A stretch of 64,000 bases of DNA from an uncultured Acidobacteriota bacterium (GCA_963843575.1 CAWJKZ010000010.1:224001-288000); one strand, 5' to 3'; counted from the first letter of the stretch, positions 10,863 to 20,560 are shown. Made by a program: numbers and translations. Notes: generated by a model from the letters alone, not told the origin.

Positions 10863-12028
10863 TTAGTCTCCGGCCGGCAAACCGGGCAGGCGCTCGACCC
10901 TGCAGACGATGGCGGTAATGTCGTCCCGCTGCCGCTCTCCCCCGAGAAGCCGCGGGCCGTATCGTAAAGGCCCCGCACCAGTTCGCTCGCCCCGCTCCGG
11001 GAGTGAGCCCGGACGAAGTCGAGGACGGCCTTCTCGCCTAGGACAGCCCCGGTCGCGTCCATGGAGTCCGTGATCCCGTCGGTCAGCATGAGGATGATGT
11101 CCCCCTCGTCGAGCGAGACGGCGGGCGCCGCGGGAAACTCCTGGTTCTCGAAAATCCCCAGCGGCGGGGCCGTGCTGTGAAGCACGGCGCCGAGGGCTCC
11201 CGAGCGTTTCAGCAAGTACCCGGGCGGGTGGCCGGCGCCGGCGTACTGTAGCCGGCGGCTGCCGGGATCGAGGCGCGCGAGGATCATGGTCACATACCGG
11301 TTCCCGCCGAGGCTTCCGACCAGCGTCCGGTTGAGGCGCTCCAGCAAAGCGGGGATGCCGTCGATCATGGTCGCGTATGCCCGCAGGGTGGCCCGGGTTT
11401 CCGCCATCACGAAGGCCGATCCGAAGCCGTGGCCCGCGACATCGGCGACGACGATGTAGAGTGAACCGTCGGCCTGCGGCAGCAGGTCGAAGTAGTCGCC
11501 CCCCGTTTCATCGGCAGGGTATGCGGCCGCGGCTATGTCGAAACCGGGGAGCGAGACGGTGGTGTCGTAGTAGCGCTGCTGGACCTCACGGGCCAACTGC
11601 ATGTAGACCTGCCGCTGCTGTTGCTCCCGGAGCGCCGTCACGTCCTTCAGGACCGAAACGTAATGGGTGATGGTCCCGGCGGTATCGCGGATGGGGCTGA
11701 TCGTCTGCTCGGCCCAATACAACTCGCCCGTCTTCTTGCGGTTGGCGACGGTCCCGCGGAACGGTTCGCCGGCGGTGATCCGGGACCAGAGGTCGCGGTA
11801 GAATTGTTCGTCGTGTTTCCCGGATTTCAGCACACGGGGCGTGTGACCGATCACTTCGCCGGCAGAGTACCCGGTTGTCTGTTCGAAAGCGGGATTGACG
11901 TACTCGATGATGCCCTGATTGTCGGTAATCACGATGCTGTCGGCAGTCTGCTCGACCGCCCGGCACATCTGGTCGTACAGATCACGGTACGATTGCCCGC
12001 GCGCCATGTGGTCCTTTTCCATTGCCAT
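10863..12028 (-). CDS. PAS-PAC plus PP2C/SpoIIE phosphatase (RsbP/RsbU-like); indel near the 3' end
   Basis: PAS (IEYVNPAFEQTTGY...LKSG); PP2C motifs GGDYFD, ADVAGHG, TDGI; the terminal DDIT motif lies in a shifted frame ending TAA at 10863. Confidence 0.88.
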
Positions 12029-12096
12029 GCGGGCCCCAGTGTACAGGAGTTTTCACCGGATGGCGCGCCCAACCTGAAGAAATGGCAGGTGCCTCG

Positions 12097-12395
12097 ATGC
12101 TGTTCTGGAGCGCGTTGCTTGTGATTCTAGCAGGGGGCGGCGACGCGTTCGTCGCGCCCGATGCGGCCTATCTCGCCTCCTGGGCGAGATGGAAGACCGA
12201 GCGGGTACCCGGACCTACCCGTCGGGGCGCTTCCTCGACTCGGGGCCGGTGGCGAACGGGACCGTGGTGCTGGACTTCAACCGGGCGTACAACCCTCCCT
12301 GCGCCGTCACCCCGTACGCCACCTGCCCGCTGCCGCCTTCGTCGAACCGGCTGCCCGTTCCGATTCCCTCGGGGGAGCAATACCGGCGTGATTCT
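12097..12395 (+). pseudogene. DUF1684 family remnant with large internal deletion
   Basis: Signal peptide and first helix (YLASWARWKTER) joined out of frame to the C-terminal TYPSGRFL...LDFNRAYNPPCAVTPYATCPLPP motif. Confidence 0.7.
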
Positions 12396-12433
12396 GCGCC
12401 GGCACCCCACGGTCACCCGGGCCAGCAGGACGC

Positions 12434-13339
12434 TCAGGGCAGGGCCAGCGCCACGGCGCCCATGATGCCGGCGTCGTAGCGCAGCCGGGCCGCTTCGATG
12501 CGCAGGCCGACCGCGGCTTCGGCAAGACAGTAGCGGGGAACGGCGCGCCGGAGCGGTTCCAGGAAGAGCGCCTCGGGCGCTTCCGACAGGCCGCCGCCAA
12601 TGATGACGGCCGCGGGGTCGAGCAGGCCGACCGCGGTTCCGATCCCGACCGCGAGGTCATCGATCACGTCGTCGAGCACGGCCCGGGCCGTGGCGTCGCC
12701 GGTGCCCGCCAGCCCAAGCACCTCCTCGCCCCCGACTGGCCGCCCGAGCGCCTCGCTCCCGCGCCGGGCGATTGCATCGCCGCTGGCGCATGCTTCGAGG
12801 CAGCCGCGTCTGCCGCAGGTACAGGGCGGACCGGAACGCCTCACCAGGGTGTGACCGATCTCGCCAGCGAGGTTGCCCTTCCCACGCACGAGCCGGCCCT
12901 CGGCAACGACGCCGCCGCCTATCCCCGTCCCGATGTTGACGTACACCAAATCGTCGATACCCCGCCCCGCGCCGAATCTCCATTCGCCCAGCGTCCCGGC
13001 GTTGGCATCGTTGTCGAGCACGACGGGCATCTGGAAGCGGCCCGCGAGCTCGTCGCGCAACGGCACCCCTTCCCATCCGGCGACGTGATGGCTCCGCAGC
13101 ACCCGGCCCCGCACGAAATCGACAGGCCCGCCAAAGCCGATCCCTATGCGTTCGACCTTCAGGCCCTCGCGGGCGGCGCGCTCCTGGAGTTCGGTGATAA
13201 TCGCGCAGATGAGACGCCGTCCCGCGCCGGCGCCGCCCGAGCGGTCGGTCTGGTGACGAACTCGGGCCAGCAAACGCCCGTCTTCGGAGGCGAGCCCTCC
13301 CAACATCTTGGTCCCACCGACATCGATCCCTATGATCAT
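12434..13339 (-). CDS. ROK family sugar kinase (glucokinase-like)
   Basis: IGIDVGGTK, DNDANA, GTGIGGG, GEIGH, CTCGRRGCLE. Confidence 0.92.
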   Translation of the reverse strand: MIIGIDVGGTKMLGGLASEDGRLLARVRHQTDRSGGAGAGRRLICAIITELQERAAREGLKVERIGIGFGGPVDFVRGRVLRSHHVAGWEGVPLRDELAGRFQMPVVLDNDANAGTLGEWRFGAGRGIDDLVYVNIGTGIGGGVVAEGRLVRGKGNLAGEIGHTLVRRSGPPCTCGRRGCLEACASGDAIARRGSEALGRPVGGEEVLGLAGTGDATARAVLDDVIDDLAVGIGTAVGLLDPAAVIIGGGLSEAPEALFLEPLRRAVPRYCLAEAAVGLRIEAARLRYDAGIMGAVALALP

Positions 13340-13448
13340 CCCAGCACCCATGCCGACGTCGAGGGTCTCGGTGAGATCGAAGGCGGGCCGCGGTGACGCG
13401 AGCATTTTGCCAGTGCCACGGCCATGCTCCTGTGCTATTAGGTTGGCT

Positions 13449-14933
13449 GTGAAAAACTCAGCCAGATTTCGCCCGGATTTTACAGCAACAGCCTCGATTG
13501 TCCTTGCGCTTCTTCTGGGCGCGGCCGCGCCGCTGCAGGGACAGGCACCGCTTGAACTCACGGAGCCCTACCTTCTCTCGCTCGCCCCTTCGACCGAGAT
13601 GAACGTCTGCTGGATCGTGTCGGAACCGGTGTCGGACGCTTACGTCGAGTACGGGCCGACCCCCGCGTACGGGCTGCGCGCAGACGCCATTCAACACGTG
13701 ATCCGCGGTTTGAAGCGCTCCCCGGGCAGCCAGGTAGACTATCGCCCCGATCCGGAGGCGAACCCGGAGATGCCTGCTTATCAACAGATCGCGCTGATCC
13801 GGGGCCTGAAGCCGCACACCCGTTACTTCTACCGGACCGTGACCAGGAGCGCATCGCACACCGCGGCCGGCAGAGGCTACCTTTTCAGGACTGCGCCGAC
13901 GGCCGGGACGAAGGTCAAGTTCGCGCTCCTTTCCGACCTGCAACTGAAACCTGAAATCCCGTCCACGGTGAAGAGGCTGGGTCGCGCCAGACCCGATTTT
14001 ATTATCTACAACGGGGACTTCGTGAACACGGCGTGGAAAGCGGGTGAGTGGTTCCGGCCGCCCGAGGTTTACATCAACCCGAAGGAGGCGGGGCACGAGT
14101 GGTTCACCGTAATGCAGCAGCGCGGCGACGGATGCCGTCTCCTACAGTACATCCCTTTCTTCCCCGCCCCGGGCAACCACGAGATTTCCGACCAGCGGCT
14201 CATGAACGACCCGCAGATGGCAGTCCAAAAACAGAGATGGAATCTGAGCATCTACATGCAGATGTTCCGCCCGCTCTACCCGGGGCAGGATGCAGGTCCC
14301 GGTGGGAAGCACTGGTACTCGGCGGATTTCGGCGACATGCACATCGTCTCGCTGTCGGTCTTCAGGTGGCATCCCTGGAGCGGACTGAAGAGCCCGGGAT
14401 GGCCCCTGTTCGACGACCTGAGTGAAGGCAGCCCCCAGGTCCGCTGGCTCGCGGACGATCTCGCCGCGACCGGCGCGAGATTCAAATGGGTCGCGATGCA
14501 CTGGCACATGTTCAACCGCGGGGAGGACGGCTTGATCCCCTACTCGAACCCTCAGCCGGACCCCGGTCAACCCGGCGCCGTGATCTACCCGGAGCCCGAC
14601 TATTGCCACACGGTCCTCAAGCCTCTCTTTGAACGGTTCGCGGTCGACGGTGTGAGCTACGGGCACTCGCACGTTTACGAACGTTACCTCGTGAACGGGG
14701 TCAATTACATCGAAGCGGCCTCCATAGGCAACAGCTACCGGCGCGAGGACGACCCATACCATCCGTCCGGGCAGCGCCCCGTCGTGGAGGAGAACCGATT
14801 CCGTTCCTTCATGCTGCTCACGTTCGGGCCAAGCAAGAGCCTGAGCGCTACCGGGGTGCAGGCAAGCGCCGCCGCCGGCATCGGGCGCCCGGGCCGCGTG
14901 TTCGATCGATTCAACCTGAAGACCACGAAGTAA
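13449..14933 (+). CDS. Exported purple acid phosphatase-like metallophosphoesterase with FN3 domain
   Basis: Signal peptide; SDLQ, NGDFVN, PGNHE, GHSHVYER. GTG start is inferred. Confidence 0.85.
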   Translation: MKNSARFRPDFTATASIVLALLLGAAAPLQGQAPLELTEPYLLSLAPSTEMNVCWIVSEPVSDAYVEYGPTPAYGLRADAIQHVIRGLKRSPGSQVDYRPDPEANPEMPAYQQIALIRGLKPHTRYFYRTVTRSASHTAAGRGYLFRTAPTAGTKVKFALLSDLQLKPEIPSTVKRLGRARPDFIIYNGDFVNTAWKAGEWFRPPEVYINPKEAGHEWFTVMQQRGDGCRLLQYIPFFPAPGNHEISDQRLMNDPQMAVQKQRWNLSIYMQMFRPLYPGQDAGPGGKHWYSADFGDMHIVSLSVFRWHPWSGLKSPGWPLFDDLSEGSPQVRWLADDLAATGARFKWVAMHWHMFNRGEDGLIPYSNPQPDPGQPGAVIYPEPDYCHTVLKPLFERFAVDGVSYGHSHVYERYLVNGVNYIEAASIGNSYRREDDPYHPSGQRPVVEENRFRSFMLLTFGPSKSLSATGVQASAAAGIGRPGRVFDRFNLKTTK

Positions 14934-14952
14934 TCTGGTGGCCGGGCAGGTA

Positions 14953-15045
14953 TGGAGTGCGCCGGCTCGACGCCGCTTTCTCGGCGGCGCCTCGGCGCCG
15001 CCACCGGCCTTGGTCGCAAGCGTGACGCCGAGGCGCCGCACTCCA
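14953..15045. repeat. REP/REPIN family A, copy 3
   Basis: TGGAGTGCGCCGGCTCGACGCCGCTTT ... GACGCCGAGGCGCCGCACTCCA inverted arms between convergent genes. Confidence 0.8.
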
Positions 15046-15062
15046 GATTGCGCCGAGTCCGA

Positions 15063-16526
15063 TTATGCTGTCAGGCGCTTGTAGCGGGCGTAGTTGGCTT
15101 CGTAGGACATGGCGGGGGTGAAGATGCGGTCGAGGCGGACCATGGCGCCGACGGCGGAGCCGTAATCCGAAAAGACACCGCTGCCGACGCCGGCGATGAT
15201 GGCCGCCCCGAGGGCACCCGCCTCGGTGACTGCGGGACGGATGAGGGGGCGGCCGAGGATGTCGGAGCAGAGCTGAACCCAGGCGGGCGATTTGCTCCCG
15301 CCCCCGACGGCTCGGTACTCCTCGATGGCGATACCCGTAGGCGGCAGGGCGTCGACACACTCCTTGAGATAGAAGGTCGCCGCCTCGAGCATGCCTTTCA
15401 GGATGTCGCCCCGCGTGGTGTCGAGGTGGAGGCCCGAGATGACGCCGCACGAATCGGTGAGGAAGCGGGGCGGCCCGGTCGGGGCGAAGTGCGGCCGCAC
15501 CACGACGCTGCTCGGGCCGGCCGGCATCTCGTCGACCAGGGCGGCGTAGCTGTCGAGCCCTGCCGCCTCGGCCTGGCGGCGGTCGGCTGCGGCAAACGTG
15601 TCTCGGAACCACTTGAAGAGTGCGCCCCCCTGGTTGTAGATGAACGACACGTACCGTCGCGGCACGGCGTGGTGTTCCGTGTTCAGCCCGCGCTCGATCA
15701 TGGCGTCAGCGTCCCGGCGTCGGCTGAAAACGGGCGTGATGCAGATGTACGTGCCCATCCCGCAGACCGCGCGTCCCTCGTCGATCACGCCGCAGCCCAC
15801 GGCGTTGGCGCACTGGTCGTGCGCCCCCGCGACGATCGCGACCCCGGGCCGCAGACCGAGCGGCGCGGCGACCGCGGCCGCCACCTCGCCGACCATGGCG
15901 CCGGAGGGGACCAGGTCCGGGAGTTTGCCGCGATCGAGCCCGGCGCGACGGAGCACTTCGTCCGACCAGCACTCGCGGTCGACGTCAAACAGAAGGGTGC
16001 GGTTCGCCAGCGAAAAATCGACCAGCGGCTCTCCGCCGAGCATGAATGCGACGAAGGCGCTCCAATGGAGGAAGAGGTCGGCGCAGCCATACAGCTCCGG
16101 CTGGTGCCGGCGGATCCACTTGAGCTTGGTCAGGGTGTAGTGGTTCCCCAGCGTGTTGCCGTTGATCTCGTACAGGAAGGGGTTGTCGAGTGCGGCCCCG
16201 AGCTCGCCGAGGAACTCCGCGCCGCGCGCGTCGAAGTTCAGGAGTGACGGCCCGAGCACCTGCCGGTCGAGGCGGACCGGGACGACCGCTTCCCCGAGCG
16301 AAGAGACCGCGAGCGCCGTGATCGCATCGTCTCCGGTTCGGGCCGCGACCTCCGCGATCGTCTCCCGGACCCTCGTCCACACCACTGCCGCGTCCAGCTC
16401 CGCCCATCCCGGCTGCGGCCTCTGGACGTCGTACTCACGGTAAGAGGAGCCGAGCAGGCGCCCGTCGGTGGAGAAAGCCGCCGCCTTGCATCCCGTGGTG
16501 CCGACGTCGATCCCCAGGAGGCTCAT
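15063..16526 (-). CDS. FGGY-family carbohydrate kinase (xylulokinase-like)
   Basis: LGIDVGTTGCKA, GAHDQ, VGGGSKS, EAGALGAA. Confidence 0.92.
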   Translation of the reverse strand: MSLLGIDVGTTGCKAAAFSTDGRLLGSSYREYDVQRPQPGWAELDAAVVWTRVRETIAEVAARTGDDAITALAVSSLGEAVVPVRLDRQVLGPSLLNFDARGAEFLGELGAALDNPFLYEINGNTLGNHYTLTKLKWIRRHQPELYGCADLFLHWSAFVAFMLGGEPLVDFSLANRTLLFDVDRECWSDEVLRRAGLDRGKLPDLVPSGAMVGEVAAAVAAPLGLRPGVAIVAGAHDQCANAVGCGVIDEGRAVCGMGTYICITPVFSRRRDADAMIERGLNTEHHAVPRRYVSFIYNQGGALFKWFRDTFAAADRRQAEAAGLDSYAALVDEMPAGPSSVVVRPHFAPTGPPRFLTDSCGVISGLHLDTTRGDILKGMLEAATFYLKECVDALPPTGIAIEEYRAVGGGSKSPAWVQLCSDILGRPLIRPAVTEAGALGAAIIAGVGSGVFSDYGSAVGAMVRLDRIFTPAMSYEANYARYKRLTA

Positions 16527-17443
16527 CCGTCATGCCCCAGCAGCCGTGTCCGGCTTCCGGCCACGCCGAAACGGTCGCGGATGAGTTCGCACGTGCGCCG
16601 GTAGACCGCGTCCTGCGCCGCGCCAACGTTCCCGTCGGCATCCTTGAGCGCCAATTCGTACGCCCTGCGGTTCTCGAAGGCGACGTTCACCTTGGTGATG
16701 CCGCGCCGCGCGGCCGCGGTCAGATCATCGCGCCCGATGCCGGACCCGCCGTGAAGCACCAGGGGCACGCCGGTCGCCTGGCGGAGGCGCTCCAGGTGCT
16801 CGAGGTTCAGCCGGGCTACCGTCTTGTCCCTGTCCTTCATTGCCCCCGAGACGGCCCCGTGGATGTTGCCCACCGCGACCGACAGCCAGTCGCATCCCGT
16901 CTCCGCGACGAAGCGCGCGGCGTCGGCGGCATCGGTGAAGCCCCGGCCGGACTCGAACAGTTCGTCGTAGGAGAGCGACTCCCCCTCGCCTTCGCGCACG
17001 ATCGCGCCCAGTTCGGCCTCGCAGGGGATCCCGACCGCGTGGACCCGCTCCACGGCCCGCCGCGTCGCCTCGATATTGTCCTCCAGGCCGAGCGCGGAAC
17101 CGTCCACCATGACCGAGTGGAATCCCAGACCGGCCGCTTCCTCGAGGAGCGCGAGGTAGTCGACCGGGCGCCCGTCGAGTTCGTCGACGACGGGGATGTG
17201 GTCGAGATGAAGCCGAACATGCAGAGGATCGGCGTATCGGGCGAATTCGGCCATGACCGCGGCCGGCCCGACACACTCGAACTTGAGCCACTCGATGCGG
17301 GCGACTTCTACAAGCGCGAAGGAATCCTGATCGATGACCGCCGCGATGACAGGCTTCACCATCGGCAGGTACGGCACGTTGAATGCTGGGACGACGACCC
17401 CCGCCCGGTAAGCTTGTTGAACGACTACCGCAGTGCTCCGCAT
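16523..17443 (-). CDS. Class II fructose/tagatose-bisphosphate aldolase family
   Basis: HLDH, VMVDGS, EAELG, GNIHG, VLHGGSG, KVNV; ATGA overlap with the kinase gene. Confidence 0.92.
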   Translation of the reverse strand: MRSTAVVVQQAYRAGVVVPAFNVPYLPMVKPVIAAVIDQDSFALVEVARIEWLKFECVGPAAVMAEFARYADPLHVRLHLDHIPVVDELDGRPVDYLALLEEAAGLGFHSVMVDGSALGLEDNIEATRRAVERVHAVGIPCEAELGAIVREGEGESLSYDELFESGRGFTDAADAARFVAETGCDWLSVAVGNIHGAVSGAMKDRDKTVARLNLEHLERLRQATGVPLVLHGGSGIGRDDLTAAARRGITKVNVAFENRRAYELALKDADGNVGAAQDAVYRRTCELIRDRFGVAGSRTRLLGHDG

Positions 17444-17455
17444 CCTGCCTCCGTC

Positions 17456-18838
17456 TCACAGAGCGATTGCGCGGATATCGGTCAATTCGCAGAACGCCAG
17501 GATTTCGTCGTAGAGGTGAGCGCCGTACCCGAGCACCGCGTATTCGTTGTTCCAGGAATCCACCAGCCGCTCGACGTCGCAGTGCGCCGTGACGAAGGCG
17601 TGTGGCCAGAACGGGATGTTGCACTCCATGCGGCGCCGCCCGAGCTCCTCCAACGGCGGCTCGAAAACCGAGCAGCGCGTCACGATCATCTCGAAGGCGC
17701 CGTTGCTGCGGCCGAGCCGGGCGAGCACGCCCTCGCCCGGCTTGCAGACCAGGTCGACCGACATACCGCCGGCCGCCCCTTCGGTCGGTATTCCGTGCTC
17801 GGCGAACTTCGCGGGCCCCGCCGTGCCGGCGAGCGACGGGGGACAGGCGCCGTCGCCGATGATCTTGATCTCGTTCGTGGACTTGTCGATGTGCTGGAGG
17901 TCGCCGTAGTACACCGGCTCCTCGCTCAGGTCGGTAAGAAGCTTCACCGTCATCAGTGTATTGAAATCACCGAGGGTCGAGGTCGCGATCCTCCGCTCGA
18001 GCATGATGCTCTGGGCGAAACAGGTGGCGCTGTAGTCGTCGCCGAGCCCGGGAAAGGACTGGATCGTGTAGAAGTCCCACCCTTCCTTCTCAACCATCTT
18101 CCGTAGCGCGAGATAGAGACGGATCGACCGGTCGGCCGTTTCCCCCTCCGGGAGAGGCACGGAAAAGAGCGGCCGGAGCTCGGCGCGGGCGTCGCGCAAT
18201 TCGGCGGGGGTCACACGCTGGGCCATCCCGATCAGTTCGGTAGTGTCGCGCGAGTCGATGTCGACGCCGAAAAGCTTCATCCACTGCGAAGGGTCGCCCA
18301 CGCCGCACGACTGTCCCATGCCGCGGCCGCCGAAGACCCCTGCGGTGCTCAGGTTCAGCCGGTTCCTCTCCCGGCTGGCCCTGCACCAGGCGACGATCCT
18401 CGTGATCTCGCTCGGGTCGTCACAATCGCCGTAGACGAACCTGTGGGGGACCCCGACTTCCTTCAACGCGCCGTGCAGTACGAGACCGCCGACGGGCCTC
18501 CACCCCTGCGAGCCCGGGTTGGTCCACAACAGGATCCCCTTCCTGGTGAACGCGAAGTCGCGCAACGCGGCGACGAGGTGGGCTGCCCACACCCACGTGC
18601 CGGAGAACAGCACCACGGCGTCCAGGTCGTCGATCTTCTTAAGCCTGGAGAAACAGTCACGGGCTTCCTGCTTCGACGCGATGACGACATCGTGCCCGAC
18701 GATCTCCAGGTCCGCCGCTTTCAGGGCAGCCTTCGCGCGGTCGATCAGCGCGTCGTCTACGAAGGGCTGTCCCATCGGGTCCTTCAGGCCGTCCTTGTGA
18801 ACACCGTAAACGATGAACGCAATTTTCGCTTTTGGCAT
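17456..18838 (-). CDS. L-fucose/L-arabinose isomerase-family protein
   Basis: Family-like features GGRGMG, YYGDLQH, CKPGEGVLARLGR, WPHAF; first gene of an isomerase-aldolase-kinase operon. Confidence 0.8.
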   Translation of the reverse strand: MPKAKIAFIVYGVHKDGLKDPMGQPFVDDALIDRAKAALKAADLEIVGHDVVIASKQEARDCFSRLKKIDDLDAVVLFSGTWVWAAHLVAALRDFAFTRKGILLWTNPGSQGWRPVGGLVLHGALKEVGVPHRFVYGDCDDPSEITRIVAWCRASRERNRLNLSTAGVFGGRGMGQSCGVGDPSQWMKLFGVDIDSRDTTELIGMAQRVTPAELRDARAELRPLFSVPLPEGETADRSIRLYLALRKMVEKEGWDFYTIQSFPGLGDDYSATCFAQSIMLERRIATSTLGDFNTLMTVKLLTDLSEEPVYYGDLQHIDKSTNEIKIIGDGACPPSLAGTAGPAKFAEHGIPTEGAAGGMSVDLVCKPGEGVLARLGRSNGAFEMIVTRCSVFEPPLEELGRRRMECNIPFWPHAFVTAHCDVERLVDSWNNEYAVLGYGAHLYDEILAFCELTDIRAIAL

Positions 18839-18952
18839 GGTGGCACCATGCCACAGCCGCGCATTTTTGACAAGAAAGAGAGGAAGGAAGCGGCAGACCC
18901 TGTCCCGGAGAGCGAATGACGTGGATGCCTGTTCGACGGTCGCCGACCTCTG

Positions 18953-19152
18953 AGGGTTCGCGCAAGAATAAGTTCACACTTTGGCGCGAGCGCCGGGCGG
19001 GCAGATGCAAGGCGCCGCGATGCAGGTGATGTGGTGACATCGTCTAGGAGCGGCAACGCCGCAGAACCCCGCCCGCCGCCGCGCCCCTCCGGCCTCCGGG
19101 CTGCGGCCTGGGGGCCTGCAGCAAGTGGACCTGTTATTCTGTGACAGACCCT
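18953..19152. mobile_element. Non-autonomous MITE-like element (200 bp)
   Basis: Imperfect TIRs AGGGTTCGCGCAAGAATAAGTTCACACTT and (reverse complement) AGGGTCTGTCACAGAATAACAGGTCCACTT; internal GCAGATGCAAGGCG...GCAACGCCGCAGA; no ORF. Confidence 0.6.
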
Positions 19153-19753
19153 AAGCGGCCCTTAAGGCTGTCCGGCGGCGGAGGATGCCCACCAAGCGCG
19201 AGCGGGCGCGGCTGATGCGGCTCTTGATGGTTCCTTCGGGAACGCCCAGGAGGTCGGAGATCTCCTGATACGACATGTCTTCGATGTAACGCAGCCGCAG
19301 CACCTCCCTGAGGTCTTCGGGGAGGCGGCAGAGCCCCGCGGTGACGATGCGGGCAGCTTCCTCGGATTCCGCCCCCCGGTCGGGGGCGCAAACCCGGTGG
19401 TCTTCCAGGTTGAGCGCCTCCAACTCCTCGCTGCCGGCGCACCAGCGCGAGCGCCTCGAGCGCCTGAGGTGGTCGATCATCAGGTTGCGGCCTATGCGAA
19501 CGATCCAGTTGTGAAGCGTACCGGTGTCGGCCCGGAATTGATCCAAATGGACATATACGCGGGAAAACACCTCCTGGGTCAGGTCTTCGGCCTCGTACCG
19601 TACGGACGCGTATCGCTCGGCCATCCGGCGGATCTTGCGGCTGTACGAGCGCACCACGGTTTCCCAGGCCGCCGCGTCGCCCTGCAGACAACGAGATACG
19701 ACGGAAACATCTCCCCCCGGCAGCGCGATCTGTTCACAGGCAAATCCGGTCAT
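19151..19753 (-). CDS. ECF RNA polymerase sigma factor
   Basis: AEDLTQEVF (region 2), SYQEISDLLGVPEGTIKSRISRAR (region 4). Confidence 0.93.
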   Translation of the reverse strand: MTGFACEQIALPGGDVSVVSRCLQGDAAAWETVVRSYSRKIRRMAERYASVRYEAEDLTQEVFSRVYVHLDQFRADTGTLHNWIVRIGRNLMIDHLRRSRRSRWCAGSEELEALNLEDHRVCAPDRGAESEEAARIVTAGLCRLPEDLREVLRLRYIEDMSYQEISDLLGVPEGTIKSRISRARSRLVGILRRRTALRAA

Positions 19754-19782
19754 GCGTCAACCCCCTTCCGGCCAACAGCATG

Positions 19783-19797
19783 GCAAATCGCGTGCCA
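19783..19797 (-). promoter_or_regulatory. Sigma-54 (-24/-12) promoter of the ECF sigma gene
   Basis: Minus strand reads TGGCACGCGATTTGC, a perfect TGGCAC-N5-TTGC, 30 bp upstream of the ATG. Confidence 0.75.
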
Positions 19798-20103
19798 GGT
19801 TGGCTCACGGCAGAATCCGCTTGATTCTGTTGGAGTTGCCGTTACTTTAGCCGGGCAGGCCGAACCTTCATGCGTTCACATTTGAGACACCCAGTTCCGA
19901 AATCGGGACGCCCCGCGAGGGGTTGATCAGAACGAGTGGAGCTGGAAGTCGATCTTCCTGTTGTAGATGCTGTTTCCCACGGCTCCAGCCCGTTTCGGGG
20001 GAGCCGGGTTGGTCCGCCCAAATACTCGGTGCTTTCCCAGGGGCAGTCGGCTGGGGTAAACTCGAACCAATTCGGGACTTGTCCGCAACCTCGGGAGGTA
20101 GAG

Positions 20104-20532
20104 ATGAAAACGGTACAGGAGATCCTGCACGGGAAGAAATATGGGCTGTTGAGCGTGAAGCCCGACGCCACGGTGTACGAAGCCCTCCAGACCATGGCGG
20201 TGTACGACATCGGGGCGCTGCTCGTGATGGATGGCGAACTGCTTGCGGGGATATTCTCGGAACGCGACTACGCCCGGAAGGCGATGCTCAGCGGCAAGCC
20301 GCCCGCGGAGACCCGTGTCTCGGAGATGATGACGCCCCGCGTCCTCTGGGTCCAGCCGGAGCAGACGGTCGAAGAGTGCATGGCGCTCATGACCGACAAA
20401 CACGTCCGGCACCTGCCGGTGCTCAGAGACTCCCGCGTGATCGGCGTCATCTCGATCGGCGACGTGGTCAAGGAAGTGATTTCCGAACAGAAGTTCGCGA
20501 TCCAGCAGTTGGTGCACTACATCTGCAATTGA
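20104..20532 (+). CDS. Tandem CBS-domain protein
   Basis: GGAGG RBS; IGALLV, GIFSERDY, VRHLPV, ISIGDVVK. Confidence 0.93.
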   Translation: MKTVQEILHGKKYGLLSVKPDATVYEALQTMAVYDIGALLVMDGELLAGIFSERDYARKAMLSGKPPAETRVSEMMTPRVLWVQPEQTVEECMALMTDKHVRHLPVLRDSRVIGVISIGDVVKEVISEQKFAIQQLVHYICN

Positions 20533-20560
20533 GGCGGATGATCTCGAACGGGGGTCTAGC

